From positions 28,092,401-28,156,400 of the forward strand of contig CM120641.1 in assembly GCA_051362555.1 (NCBI GenBank): 64,000 nt of DNA. The letters are read 5' to 3'. The notes beneath the pieces are model-generated. The model was not told the origin of the DNA. It saw only the letters and a program-made list of their open reading frames with translations, and ran no database searches. Shown in pieces: positions 26,905 to 46,600 of this stretch; positions within the stretch are counted from its first letter, which is position 1, and each line of letters starts with the position of its first letter. Position numbers and translations under genes: made by a program. The stretch comes from Lingula anatina (taxonomy: Eukaryota; Animalia; Brachiopoda).

Positions 26905-29378
26905 AACAAACAGAGATGCAAAAATGTGTCAGTACTCTTTATTCACAACTGATGGTACAAAAGACTCCCCCCAGTGGTCAGGTTATCAAGACGCCATTTA
27001 CAAAAGAAAAGGATTATAATGCAAATTTGCAAATAAGAGAAATCTACATTTTTTTGCTTTTACCTGAATTGGAGTGCATCTTATTGTAAGTGTGCATTTA
27101 TACTCCACAACACTTAACAAATTATTGAAAAGTTATTGTGAAACTGGTTTTATGTGCAATGAAAGATTTCTGTTTATATTAAAGTATGTTAAACATGATG
27201 TATGTAGATTTTTAATTTCTGTTGTTTTTTTTTTCATCTTGTTTCATGGTTTCAGAAAAAATCTTGATAAAGAGCTTTCTATAAAAAAAATTTTTAGACA
27301 AGAACTACTGTTCAGATGGATGCATTTTTTAAAGTTCAGAAAATTACAGTGGCATTCTGAATGAGGTACGAAGAGCAGTGCCCCACTGTCTCATGTTCTA
27401 TCCAAACATTGAGTCATGAAGGGTTTCTAGATCATGTTCCCTTTGTTTCTGTCTGGCCTGAAGAGGAAAAAAAATTCATTACTGAAAATCACAATGGCCA
27501 CTGACATGAATGTTGCACATATTATGTAAAGCACTTTCCATGGTATGAATGGTAAAATAGTGATCGAAATAAAGTTTTTTTTTTACTCAAGTTGAAAAAA
27601 AAATTATTTAAATGTTTACTCAAAATCTATATTGGATTCTGTTACTGTACATATAATAAAAATGACAATAAACTGAAGAATTATTTTCTTAACTACCTTG
27701 TGTTTCTTTAGTTCTTCGTAGTGTGGATCATCAGTGGGAAGTTCATATCTACATACTGGACAAGAGTTGGTCTGGAAAAAGTTTTTCTCAAAATATACAG
27801 CACTTTTTTAAATGTTATTTTAATAATGGTGCTTCTGCCATTATTATACAAAATTGCATATATAAAACTAGAAAAAATACACACTGCAGGCACTTATGGC
27901 TGACCTCTGAACCTCCAACAGAGATATGTTCAATGTGTTACTATCAGATTTTTTTAAAAGGTGGATATTATGGGCAAATCTAGATGGAAGTCCTTTGTAA
28001 ATGTTACACCTACTAGTAATAATGTCCTAATTCTTTTTTTATTTTGGTAACTAAGGACTCACTTTTTGTAACCATGGCAATATGCATTCGGGATGAAATT
28101 TGTGTTGGCATGGTAACTGTTTTGTGGCTTCAGCTTCATCATATGGCACAAGGCAGATTGGGCATTTAAGATCACCTAGTTAAAAATATAACACAGATTT
28201 TAATTATTAAAATAACACACTTTTTCATGTATTTTTTCAACTGTATAATAGTGGGGGTTTTATAACATGGTAACTACCATTAATCCTTCAAAATGCATTT
28301 AAATGCAATAATCAACCAAAAAAAGTAAAAAGCAAAAGTACCTGCTTCATCAACTTTAACGTAACATGTGGGTAACCCTTCCACTGCTTTTTTGGAGGCT
28401 GGTGGGGCTGTCCTTTCTTGTTGGAATAAACTTAAGAAAAGAATGGATGAATATCAAAGACTACTGTTTATTCATTTCACAATAACTCACCCTTATTCCA
28501 ATTTGAACACATATTTAAAATATTAGTAATTTAAACTAGGTATTTTATTACTTTATATTTAGAATCAGTATAACAATTACTGAATGTAATATCTACCTTT
28601 CAAATTCTTCTGTTAATCCCATATCCATTAATAACCTGTTACAAAATAAAAATAATATTTATCACTTTTTCTTGTCATTATTTTAAAATATAATTAAAAT
28701 TGTTTCCATCATCCATGGTTGGTAAATAATGTACTAGCTCTAAATAATGAAAATACTAGTAATGTGATCACAAAATTAGAAAAGCCAATTTACTCTGGCT
28801 TAAGTTATGTCATTATACTAAGTTACTGTACACTGCACTTCCACAACTTAGATCAAACCAATTTAAAATTATAGGACTGTACATATTATGGATAGTTCTG
28901 TACTACATATTACCATGGTCCATAGGAGCCTTCCTCCCAAGTAATTTACTAACTGTCGTACATCAATATAATACTAACCTCGCTAAATGTAATAAATGAT
29001 TTGGCCCCTCTCCTTCTCCCAGTGGCACACAATCGTGTTCATCATAGTATGACGCCATGTTACTGAATCTTAATACTTCAATTTGTACAAGTCACTCACG
29101 GTGTTGTCACTTTTCAATGTGACATAAGGAATGCTTACATCATGCATAAAATAATAAAATATGAATGCTGCTTGGAAGTTTGTCAGATAACATATTTATG
29201 AAAAACTCAATCAGATATTACTTGGCAAATTGCATTTATATAATGCTTCCTAAAAAGAAGTCAATATATGTTGAAAAATAGTAAAATGTACTGTGATTTT
29301 AGTTTGTCTTAAGCTTCATTCAAAATAAAGTGGCTTGTCTTGGTGCGAATTTCCCTCTACCGTCAGACAAACACCTGC

Positions 29379-31927
29379 ATGAAGATGGCTGAAAAAACAG
29401 TAGACACTTCCTCCCCAGAGTATCAAACAGACACTGCTGTTGACAGTAGTTCAGGTAAGTGTGCTTTTTATAAATAAAGACAAAATTTTCCATTATTTGA
29501 CAGAAACAATTACACTTTGCAATAACGACAGGCACATTTTCAAGACACATCTACGAGCAGTAATACTCCCCCAGTAGTAACACAAGTTTGTTTCATATGA
29601 TATGTTCGCTGGTAAATAAGTTGTTTTTTTGACAGATATTACTGCTGTAAGTATGATGACTTTGATATTTTGAGTTGGAGTTAAAATTTTATCTTTTATG
29701 ATTATCAGCTTTGCCACCACCTCCCCAAGAAGTTTCAGATCTTTGCAAAGAAACGTTTGATAAAATGTCAGACTATTTAATGGGTGAACTTACAAGTAAG
29801 TATTTCACAATAGAGTCTTTTCCACGAAATCGTGAGCATGCGCAGTTCGCGCCATTTTGTGCGGGACTGTTTCTCAGGGGGAAAGAGTAGAAGGGGCCTT
29901 CGGTACTTTTGTAGTATACCCCCCCCCCCCACCCTGTAACTTTCTGTAACTTTCACTTTTCAAACAGTTTTTTACATTTTATTGTTTATCTATGTCAAAG
30001 CTGTTGAAATAAAATGCTTTTGTAATTTACCTGTGGACTTTTTATTAGTGTTAATCACGTTTTATCCAGCCCATTGAAATACAAAGTTAGAATCTTCAAT
30101 TTACACTCGCAGTCAATAACTTGCCGCATTTTCGTTGGCTAACCCTTAGGTAATTTTATGTGAACAAGTAGCTCATAATAATTTCACAGAGGAAATCCAA
30201 GTATACAATGTATCAATCCTATGTTCACATAAAATAAGGTAGAGTTAGCCAACGAAAACGCAGCAAGCTGCGGTTACATTGTAAATTTTCACATTGTATT
30301 TCAATGGGGTGGATTAAACGTGATTAAAGCTAATAAAAAGACCACAGGTAATTACAAAAACATTTTATTTCAACAGCTTTGACATAGGTGCAAAAGACAC
30401 TGTAAAAAAATGTTTGAAAAATGAAAGTTTCAGGAAGTTACAGGGTGGGGGGGTATACTACAAAAGTACCGAATGTCCTATCTTTGCTGTCGATGAGGTA
30501 CGTTTTTAGTTCTTTCATTGAAAAGTCATCAGGTACTCCTGCTAAATTTCTATTCCAACTGCTCCCATGAATGTGTTTTCGAAAAAAATCAGGTGTTAAC
30601 ATGTTACGAAACTTTGAAAATTCAGATTGAAATGAGCACTCCTCGATATGGTGTCCGTCGTGTACACTCCACACTTTCCCCCTGAAACTTCAAATCCCGC
30701 AAAATCTCGCGTTTCCACGGATAATTTAGCGGAAGTCACGTGACCGTAGAAAAGACTCTATTAGTATTTATTTATAGTAATAAGTATTTCATGACTATAA
30801 TTGCTAAAAGAGCAAAAATACAACTTAATGTAGAAAAAGTATATAAGTATTAGTTGAGACTGTTCAACGACTGATATTAGTTAATTACCGATAACATTTT
30901 GTTAATATTTTCCAGCCTCATTATTTGATTTTTGTCAGGTTTCTACATGTTACCTTTTTTTCAGTATTTGATAGCACTGTCATTTACACAACCACATTGT
31001 TGTGGGGCATCTTTTATTTAATTTTGAATATTAAATAGAATGTATGGGAAGGGGTAAATGGATTTTTTTCTTTTGACAGTGACTGTAGAAGACTACAGTC
31101 TCTTAGAACAGATGAACAAAGTTACAATGAATAAGTACTTTGAAATGAAACAGATGACAGCCAACATTAGCACAGCAATGCAGGAACTTAATGACAAATG
31201 TGAGTATTTTTTTTTAGGTAAGGTCATTGAACTGCTTCATTGTTAAGATTTTCATGCTCATAATTGTGAAAATGATGACCACTTGTTACAGAGTTTTTTA
31301 TTGAGACCTGTTTTTCATAAAAATTGTTTTTGTGAATGCTTTTGATTTATGAGAGTTTGAAATACAATATTTCAGACCAACATCTTCAGCCATATTTGGA
31401 TCAAATTGACCACATAGAGGATAGTGTAGCATCACTTGAGCAGGCTGCTTACAAGCTAGACGCATATTCAAAAAGATTAGGTATTATATATTCATAATTA
31501 AGAATATGTTATTTACTTTATTGATGGATTTAATGTATTAAAGGCTTTGAAGTAAAAAGTTATTTCATTCATGAAATGTGATCCTTACAGACACCTCAAG
31601 ATAAATGATAATTTCTAATGCTCCTATTTCACACAGACCACGAATTGCCAGGAATTGCCAAATTTCAGGATTCGTAGTTGAATCGTAATCAGTTCGTGAT
31701 TGATCAAGAATTGCAAGAACTGACTACGAATATATACGAATCTGTTAAGAACTTCACGAACTGATTACGATTCAGCCACGAATCCTGAAATTTGTCAATT
31801 CCTGGCGATTTGTGGGATTCGTGACATAGGGGCATAAAGGAAGTTTTGAGCGTTCCAAAATTTTGTCACAGCTTTTGATTCTCTATTTTTTTCAGAAGCA
31901 AAGTTTAAAGCTTTAGAAAAAAGGTGA
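29379..31927 (+). CDS. BLOC1S2: BLOC-1 complex subunit 2 (5 exons)
   Basis: Exons 29379-29454, 29709-29795 ([12 protein letters not shown]), 31080-31199 ([21 protein letters not shown]), 31376-31480 ([32 protein letters not shown]), 31896-31927 ([10 protein letters not shown]). Confidence 0.95.
29812..30759 (-). mobile_element. Non-autonomous TIR element (ISL2EU/PHIS-like) in BLOC1S2 intron 2
   Basis: TIRs agagtcttttccacg / cgtagaaaagactct flanked by AT; retains a short minus-strand ORF ([28 protein letters not shown]) truncated by an internal foldback. Superfamily call is inference. Confidence 0.65.
29899..30473. repeat. ~575-bp imperfect palindrome (foldback)
   Basis: ttcggtacttttgtagtatacccc.. 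mirrored by ..ggggtatactacaaaagtaccgaa; internal arm matches such as tgtcaaagctgttgaaataaaatg / cattttatttcaacagctttgaca. Confidence 0.9.
31619..31834. mobile_element. Tourist-like (PIF/Harbinger) palindromic MITE
   Basis: TIRs tgctcctatttcac / gtgacataggggca, long internal inverted arms, TAA target duplication on both sides. Confidence 0.75.
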
Positions 31928-34055
31928 CAGCATCAAGGATTAATACCACTAGTGATTTTACCATATTTGATGACATTTGAGACAATTCAAACATAATTCT
32001 TGCCAAAGAATAAAGCAAGATAGAAATGATGAACTTTAAAATAAATAATTGTTGACACATCAATATTTTATAAAGAGATTGAGAAGCATTGTAAAATATG
32101 ACTTTCTTGATCCCCTGAGAATCATAATAAATGTGCAATTTGTAAGAGGGTATGATGGGTACATTAAAATAATGTTTTGTGTAGTAGTGTACGAGTCTTT
32201 TTCTTTCCTTTTGTCACATATTTGTATTTATACTAATCACATATCAGCAGAAACTATCTAAATAGTTAACATTGTTTCAATTTGCTTGTGTACAACACGG
32301 TAGATAATTAAAAAAAAATTTTCACAGAAAGTCTTGCAACTGTTTGTAAACCCAAGCTATGAGCTATATTAAATCACGTGAAAAGGTGTTACTGAACTAT
32401 ATTTTCTAGAAGATATACAAATTCATTACAATACTACTTGATTGTGGCATGTACATTTATTTCTCAAATTAAAATACCATCAAATCCATTTGAATGTAAA
32501 ATTACAAGCAACCTTTCCAACAAGCAGTTATATTTATATTGCACAGTAAATACAAATCTATTCATAATATAATCACCAATATTATATAATTTCTACCCTT
32601 TCTATTCTCAAACATATCGGGGGGGTAATATATTTTCATTCCATCATCCTTTATCCATGTGCTTTTTTCTGTTTTACTGACCTTCTGAATGCTTACATAA
32701 CTTTGATGTTATGACATAGTGAACATGGATGAAATCACTGGGAATTCAGAGCACAGTTATAACAGGAAAAAAAGAAGTGTTACATAGTTTATAAATTTTG
32801 TGAATAAATAATACGCAATAAAACCGAAAAGAAAAGGACGTTTCAACGAGACTGCAACTTAAAAAATCTGTTACACTGATAACTTCATAACTGACGGAAA
32901 AAAATTTATTTATAAAATTTTAAGAGTATTTTTATATACCAACTATCCATTCCATAGGTGGGTTATTTAAAACTCGTCAGTCTTCAGTTTGTTAATTAAA
33001 TAATAATTAAACATTGCCTACAAATATATCCAAATCTAATATAGTATTATTATGAAAAGCACTTATATTTTGACAAAGCATACCTTCTTAAACAACAAAA
33101 ATATATAAAGTTACCCAAATAAGTTCACAAAACCCTCATATTTTTCATGTGTTAAAACCCTTTCAAACAATAAACACTATAAGGAGAACACAGATTCCCA
33201 AAAAAACAAGGGTACATCAGTTTTCGTACTTTCTCAAAGTGGCTTGCATTTACCCTCTAGGCAATGGATGACAACATCACATCAATCCTGGTTTTTGTAA
33301 ATGACAGCCTTTAAGAAGTCTTTCGTCAGAACTAATATTTTCCTACTTGTTAACACGTCACACTGTACAAGTTTCTTTTTTCTGGAGTCGTTCAAAAACT
33401 TCCCTTTGCACCCATACTTCTGAATATGCCCACTTAATTATAAATAAAGTATCCTTTAAAGGAAAATGTGCTCTTTTTAAATTAAATAAGGTCATTTTCC
33501 CTTGCCTCCATGATCCAGTCATAAACAAAAATGTGAAGCAAAATTTTTAACAAAAATCATTAACATTTTCTTTTTGCTGAGACAATGTAATTTTACTTTG
33601 TTCCCAAAGTAATGTTGGAAATAAACTCCCACTTACCAGACATATTGGTTACTATGGCAATTATAAAAAATTTATTTGAATTTTATTCAACATTTTATGT
33701 TCTATTAACATAATAAATAAAAATACTTTATGAAACTACTTTCTGTAACTTCAGTCTTAACAAAAGTCAACAATGACAAATTGAACATTATTCATCCCCT
33801 TGAAGCTAAAACTCTGTTCACTTTTTAACTTCTCTTCCAGTGATTGACAAAATTACTTCCATATTTTCTCTTCATGCAACATCTACAAAGCTATATCCTA
33901 CAACATACCAAACACTTCTCTCTGGGCTGATCCAGATCCTCTTCCATCCAGATAAATGATTTCTATCTAAACCTGGCATGATTTCTTTCTTAATCAGGCC
34001 CCAACAATGGATGAGGAAGATAATGATAGAGACAGTGTGCATTTGGTTTTTTTGC

Positions 34056-38729
<4,674 letters not shown>

Positions 38730-40698
38730 TGTAAATGGTTGTAAACATACACTGTATCTATCCCCTTCTCCTGCAGGAAGTGGACCCCGGTCACAACCGG
38801 AAAGACGCACTCGGAGCTGTTCTAACAACTAACCGAAACCCATGTGTAAAACTGTATTTCTTCTTCTTTCCGTTCCTTTGGCCTGCTTGATGTTGACACA
38901 GTCTCTAAATAAAGATATGCTTCAGTCGTTGTAGTTGGTATTCAAATGCATTTTCAACTTTATCCATGCACCTTTAATGTTTAAAGCAACTGCACATGTG
39001 TTTTTAAGGGTGAAATCGAAAGTGCCAATAGCAGGTCACAACTGAATGATAACTTGATTTATAAGGCTGGTACCCGTACATCTGATATCTCACAGTCAAT
39101 AACATTAATGCATTTTTGCAGTGCTCTATAGAATTATATTAAGTATTAAAGATTAAGAGGTTACTTCAACCAAGATAAAATTATTTGGAACTTAAAAGTT
39201 TGAATTTTTTATTTTATTTTTTCATTCCTTTTTATTTTTTCATGGTATACTTTTTTTGAGCTCATCTGTTTAGGGAAAGCATAACTGCATCTTTTAAGGC
39301 ATGACATGTTATACGTAGATATATAAAATTTTTATAGAGAAAGGATTTAAAGGTCTATATGTCTATGGAATTTTCAAGAATTTTCCTGTAATCACCAAGC
39401 AATGTACATATTATATTCTTTATCTTATCTTTATCTTATCTAAAACTGGTGAGATAATTATGATGTATAAACCCATTTTTTAGCTGTTAATTTCTATTTT
39501 ACTATTACTAAAATGCATGTACTCATAATTCACCATGCTCCATGCCCTTTACAGGAGTGACCTTTACGTATATATTTCATAAAAATTGCCCCCAATTAAG
39601 TTGGTTTCAACATTCCCACTAGAGTTTTCTACGTGATAAATTTTTTGAAAATTAATTGATTTTAAAGTGACTGCATCATTTTGTCTCAAATTAGCCAGGG
39701 CCATAGGTTGAAAAAAAAAAAACTCAAGGAAAAGGAGGGGTGAGACTGCCCCCTCCCCCACCTTCCGACTCTCTCCAACCCTCAACTCTTATTATACGGT
39801 CCTGCAAGTGCAATTGCTCTGCATTTGAAATGTGTAAAATTTTGTACCAAATTCACTGTAAATTTGATTGTAAATTTATTAGTTTCCTTCATGTTCACGA
39901 AAAATTTAAAAAATATATATTTTGAAAGCTTAAATATTTTCATCTTAATTTATCCCCCACCCCAATAAGATTTAAATAGAAAGAAAACAACGAGGGGGGG
40001 GGGGGGTATTTTTTCTACCTTCATCATAAATATTATTAATCTTTACGAACCTGCTTTTGACGAAGGTGCAATGTGGAGGACAGCTTGGTGGCAGACACAA
40101 ATATAGAGAAGGACGCATGGTTCCTAAAGTGGATAGAGGTAATATCTTGCGCCCTTGTCAAAAATCAATAAAAACTTGATTCAGATACATGTATGTGTAA
40201 TTGCATATTAAGGCTACAATACATGGAGGTCTACATGAAATTGAAACGTAGGTACCTACGGGTTGCTAATTAATCATTGCCTAACTTTTGGGTTTGACAA
40301 AAAAGGTTTATGGTAGTTTTACAGAACACAGCAAAGTTTTCACAGAATTCTTTAGAAAATTACGTGTATTACCTGAAAAAGCGCATTTATTAGAGCAATG
40401 AAAAGCGTCAATTCAAAGATATTTATGTATAGAGGGCTACATGTGAAAGAGAATAATATGAGCAGTATATAAACTATAATTAGTGTCAATTTTATTTATT
40501 TATTAAAATATAGATAACTAAACAAAAGTAGTCCAGTTATACTTATAAATTAGCAACCATTTTCAACCTGCATTGGTGTATTTCTCAAGTGCTGTTTTTG
40601 TTCTACGCAGGATTGATTGTACTGCAGGTGGAATAAATTAACTGTGGATGATACTGCATAGGTTATAAGATTTCTTCTAACCGTTCCCAGAGTCAGAG

Positions 40699-43600
40699 AT
40701 GGAGAGAGATGTTACTTGTACAGGTAGATATAAGGACATTTATTGCTATTTAATCATAAAATTTTAATTCTTAATCTGTCATCCAATTTGATTGCATTAA
40801 TTATGAGTAATGCACATTTACTCCATCCAGTAGTGTCAGTTTTTTGGTTATCACAAACTGAGTAAGATAGATATATAGTATCAAAGTATTGTACAGTGCA
40901 TAAGTTTAAATGTTTATTTCAGTGGTGGTATAGCACATTATGTATATTTTCCTGGTCACATTAATTTTAGACTTGGAGTCTCTTGCCGTGACTGCCATTG
41001 CAAGAGTCTTTGAAGACAGCCTTCTACAACCTCTCGCAAAATGCGATTTCAGCGTGACGAAAGTTATTCCATTGTATAACCCTCACTTGTTGCAGCAGTT
41101 TAGGTAATATCACAGCCCATTTTCATTATGTTAAAAGACCCCACCCTCTTTGAAATTGCTGGCTTTTGTCTTTGGTCTGTGTCTTTCATCATGTCCTGTA
41201 GATAATTATTTTTGTTTAAAAATTAAATTTAATTCTTTATTCAACAACACATAATATTAAAATGAGCTAGAATAGACAAATGAGGTTTATTTTTCATTTC
41301 CTTTTTTTTTTTAAGGAAAAAACAGATGGAATTGCAGGCCTCTGGTACAAGTGACAGTGAAACATACGGTTACACATGGGTTGATTCAGAAGCTCAGTTA
41401 TATGAAATCTTCACCAATGGACTTGTAGCTAAAGAGAGCAATTCAAATGTCCTTGGTAAATTCCATTTGTTCCTTTGCTTCTTTTACAAAGACCCACAAA
41501 CTGAAAAAGACATTCTGACTTGAAAAAAAACATAGAACTTTAACTGATTTTTTACAGTATATATACAGTACTATAAATCGAGACACAAATTTGGTCGAGT
41601 GTTTATTTGAAATTATTTATGAAGGTAAAAGCCATGTTTTCATAGACCTGGATATTTTTTATGTTGCTTTGAATACTTTCCTTCAGGCAGTTCTAGGTAC
41701 GGAGTACATTTAAGTATGCACCCAGATGTATGTGTGGCAGCAGCCAGCTATGAAACCAGTGGGATGTCAAGTCCTATACTGATTATGTTCAAGGTAAAAA
41801 TAGTATTTTGTCTTTCATGTGAAAAAAAACTACATGTACATGTAATGTTCAAGTGCATTAATTAAGGTTTTAAGTGTGTGTCTTTCTGTCAGTGATTGAT
41901 AACTCACAAAATATGTGTTATATGTTGGTAGCGATTACATCAATTCAAACTGTTTACAGAATGAGATACGTTGTACAAAATGAATACACAATGCATGAAA
42001 CGTAGAAAATATTTTAATTGAAATTCAAAATAGATTACCAGTTAGACTGGTTTGTATTCATACAGTTAGGAATATACTTTATTAAAAAAACTACTTAGTT
42101 TTAAATTTAATTTAGTAGTTGCATGGTGAAGCAACAGCATATCATATGTATTAAGCAGTAATTTAAAAAAATGAGTTTTAAAATATATATTGTTGCATTG
42201 ATTTTGTACTTTTTGTGTTTTCAGCTGGTACTGGGGAAAAGAAACCCAGTTAAACCTGGTATGTATGTGAACATGCCACCAGCTGTAGGCTTTGACAGCC
42301 ATGTGTCTGCACACTCTCCATCCATTACAGAACACCCAAGGTTACAGCACTACCACAGCCAGGTAAACAATTAAGATATACAGGCCCGTAGCCAGGGGGG
42401 GTTCGAAAGAACCCCCCCTTTTGCTGGGAAAAGGTCCACTCTGGGTAAAATTTGATCTAGGTACATGAAGTTTTTATGGGAAAAGGTCCACTTTTTCAAA
42501 AAACGAGCCCCCCTTTTGAAATTGCTGGCTACGGGTCTGATATAACTGTGATTGAAAGCAGTTTTAAAGGGCTTTGTTGGGCCAAATCAGTAAAGTATGA
42601 GAAAAAATACTTTCACCAAATTTCAGAATCGAAATTAATGCATTTATTTGGTTACATTTGTCGCTGTTTATTGGTGATAAAGCTCAATGTACAAGTTTTG
42701 TAAATAATCATGAGATCTGTAAAGTAGCTTAAATATGCAGCAGGATCTGTATAACATGTTGTTACCAAAGTCTCTACAAGGCTTCACAGTTGAAACCAAA
42801 TTTAGGTCTGCACCTTCCTCAATTGTTCTGACAATCAATGACTTGAAATTATACAGAGTTGTGATTGAAATTTTTCTTTCAACTTTCTGGGTGTTACCAG
42901 TGCAGGTCAGAATTATAAATGATTGATATTTAGTCAAATAATTTTTTTTCAGTATTTAAGCATGCTTTGATATTTATGGGGTTTCTTTTTGTGCAATTCT
43001 CAAATCAAAACCGATTTTGAGTGTGGGTTCTTAATAAAATGTATATAATGAGAGGGGTTGAAAAACTAATGAAATTGATTGCCATTTAAATAAAAAACCT
43101 TCATGATGTATCTTAAGAACCAGAATTTTTCAGATTGTATGAAGCTTGAAGGACACATGCCAGCACATTGAATTGGCTCTTGTAATTGACTGCAGAATTT
43201 TTTTTTTCTGTTTTCAGGTCTACATTTATGAATATGATGATAACAATGCCCTAGTTATTCGGCCGAGGCATTGCGTACCTCATGCAGCTATCTGGTTTAC
43301 AAGGAAGATTTATCCACCACATGTTTTTGTGCAGTCAGACTGTTTGCCTTCACCCCATAGTGTTAATTTTGATCCTGGCAGCACATTACTTGCACAATCC
43401 ACCATGTCTGCAGAACAAGCAAATCAAAATGCACAGCTTTGTATACCCACAGCAAAAACTGGTTCTCTGATATCTGAGACAAACAGCTCATCTTTGGCAC
43501 CATTCTCCCATGGACAAATGGCATCTCTCAAAGATACACATTCTTCTTCCTCTTTGAAAGAAAAAACTGAAAGTACTACAGATGCACATTTGTCAACCTC

Positions 43601-46600
43601 CAATTGCTGTTTGGTTGATTCCACAACTTTACAATCAAGAGACCTCAAAGAAAATCTGGCTGCCATTGAAGGTGCAAATATATCAGCTTCGGAGGTGGAT
43701 TCCTTAACTCTTAATGATTTACGAACAGCTATTGAGGATGCAGCAGCAAGCACAAATGCTCATTCTAAGATTACTGATTACAATGCTTCAGCTTCCAAAG
43801 ATGAAAAATCTAAGCAGTCAAAAACAATCACAAATCAAAACGTCAAAATTGTACATTCTTCTGCTTCCAAAAAAGGTTTTACTATGCCTAAAAGTGGACA
43901 TTCATCAGTAATTATAGAGTACGTTACAGTGATAAAAGGTTCATCAGCACCCAAAGATGAACATTTTTCAACTACAAAAGAACATGTTGGCAATACAGAA
44001 CATCTTCTAAAAGAGGAGCAGACACCAATGCCCGACAAGCATGTTACTAATTCAGGGAATATAGATGTAGCAGGTTCCAAATTTCATGTACAAATCCTCA
44101 AGAGTACATTTCCAAAAGATGATGAGCCAAAACAGTCACACATTACTATGAGCAATACAACAAATATAAAAAATGGCAGTTTTTCACCACTGAAAAAACA
44201 GATGGTGTCAGTCACTGTTAGAGGGCATGCCGTAGACACCAAGCATTCATCAATGCCTAAAGATGAACAATCTTCAACTAAAAAAGAATATGTTGCCAAT
44301 TCAGGAAATCTTCCAAAAGAGGAGCAGCCAGCAGGGCCTGACAAGCATGTTACTAATTTGAGGGATATAGATTTGGCAACCAAATATTCACCCATTCTCA
44401 AAAAAACATTTCCCACAGATGATGAGTCGAAAAAGTCACACATCACTATGAACAAGGTAACAAATATCAAAAAAATATATTATTCAACTTTGAAAGAACA
44501 GGTGATATCAGTTAGAGATGGAGTCGCATCCACTTTTAGAGAGCATGCTGTAGTCACCAAGCATTCATTGCCTAAAGATGAACAATCTTCGACTAAAAAA
44601 GAATTTGTTGCCAATTTAGAAAATCCTCCAGAAGATAAGCAGACAGCAGAGCCTGACAAGCATGTTACTGATTCAACAGATGTAGATTTTGCAGATTCCA
44701 AATATGTATCAACTCTCAAGAAAGCTTCTCTCAAAAATGATGTGTCAAAATGGTCACAAGTTACTGAGACCAGTGTAACAAGTATCAGAAATGGATGTTC
44801 CTCACCTTTGAAAGTTGGACAGCATGTTGCAGTCACCAAGAATTCATCAGCCCCAAATGATGAACATTCTTTAACAATAAAAGAAAATGTTGCCAGTCCC
44901 GAAAATCTGCCAAAAGAGAAGCAATCAGCAGTGTCTGCAGAACATTTTGCAAATGCTAAGGATACACATGCAGCAAATTCCAAGGATCCTGTCCCAGTAT
45001 CCAGGAAAGCTCAAGCTAAAAAACATGCACATTTGCCAAGTACTAAATGGCATTTTGGAAATGGTGTCTATCAGTCAACTTCTAAAACACAAACTGTGAT
45101 TCCAAACTGTGGGGCAGTATATTCCTCAAGACTGAAGATACATGGTGAAGCACCCAAAGATGTTCATGTGCCAGTTTTTACAAAAGATGCTACAAATCTT
45201 GAAAAAGCACAGGACTCTGCTTCAGATAAATATGTAATTACCAAGTGTGGAAATTCTTCTGTTTCTGAAAAGCTTGTCACAAAAGCCAAAGATACTATTT
45301 TGTTATCTTCCACAAACTCTGTTGCTTCCAATAGACATGCTAAAGTATTTAACCCCATGCAAAAACAACTGCCCAGGTCCAATCAACATGTTGCATACAA
45401 CGATGGGCAAGTTACACATCCTCAGGATAGTGAACTGCTATTACCTGGCAAGAGAAATATTATTTCTAGAGATTCATCTGCCTCCAAAGAAACTGCATCA
45501 GCTCCCAAAAAGGCACAGTCATCAACTTTTGATAGACCTGTTTCCATGTCCAAAACTGCAAAGGATCCATCCAGACTGAAACCACATGTTGCTGATAGCA
45601 AAAATGCCCAGTTGTCTATGTCTAAACCAGTTGCTTCCGATAGTCAAGATAGCAAAGCTTGGGTTGCCACTTCCATGACATCTAATGCTGTTGATCTTGG
45701 TGAACATCAAAACAACATCACACCTGTGGCAAGTTCCCAATCTCTTGATAAGAGGCAGGGCATACCAAAAGTCAGAGGGAATGTTGCAGCCTCAGTAGAA
45801 TCCCATTTATCAAAGAGCAACAAGGACAAATACCCTCATTTTGATGTGGGATCCTCAAAAAATATATCCAAAGAAGAACTGCAAGAGCCAAGCAAGTGTA
45901 CTTTTCCAGAACAAACATCACAGACGAGCACAAGCCAAGCCAGCAGAATACCTGAATTACCAGAGAAGAAAAAGCAATTTTTGTCAGAGTATGATGATTA
46001 CAGTATTGATGAAAAGCATAAAACTGCTTGGATAGCTAAACACGTGGAGTCCAAAATTGGTGAAAAATTGAGTATGAAGGGACAGTCAGCCAGCTTGTTA
46101 AAAATCCCATCCAAAGAGGTCCAAAGTACTGAGAATACTCAGTTCACATTATCCCCCTCTGTTCCTTCAGTCATAAAGCAGTTTCATGCCCCATTCATGT
46201 TTCCCCCTGGTCCACCAGAACCAGCATTATGGTGGGGATGGCCATTAAACTGTTTCAACAGGCAATATGGGTGTTGCTGCCAGCAGTGTTTTGCTTATAC
46301 TGGGCCTCAAAATGTCCAAAAAGATCCTAGGCTCCAGAGTAACTCAAAATGCAGTAGTTGGGGCCTGTCAGCCAGCAATGAGTTTCAGCCACATGTGATT
46401 TCTCAAGATGTTACAAGAAGAGGAGAACATTCCAACAAACCAAAGTGCATTCAACAAAAGTTGCGGACATCTGGAGAAAGAAATGGGAAACAAAGTGATG
46501 ATCCATTAACCAAAATGAAAGAAGGCCCTAAGGACAGAAAAAGACAAAACTCGTCAAGTGATCTTCTCTCAAAAGAGACCCCTCTGCCCAACAAACATGC

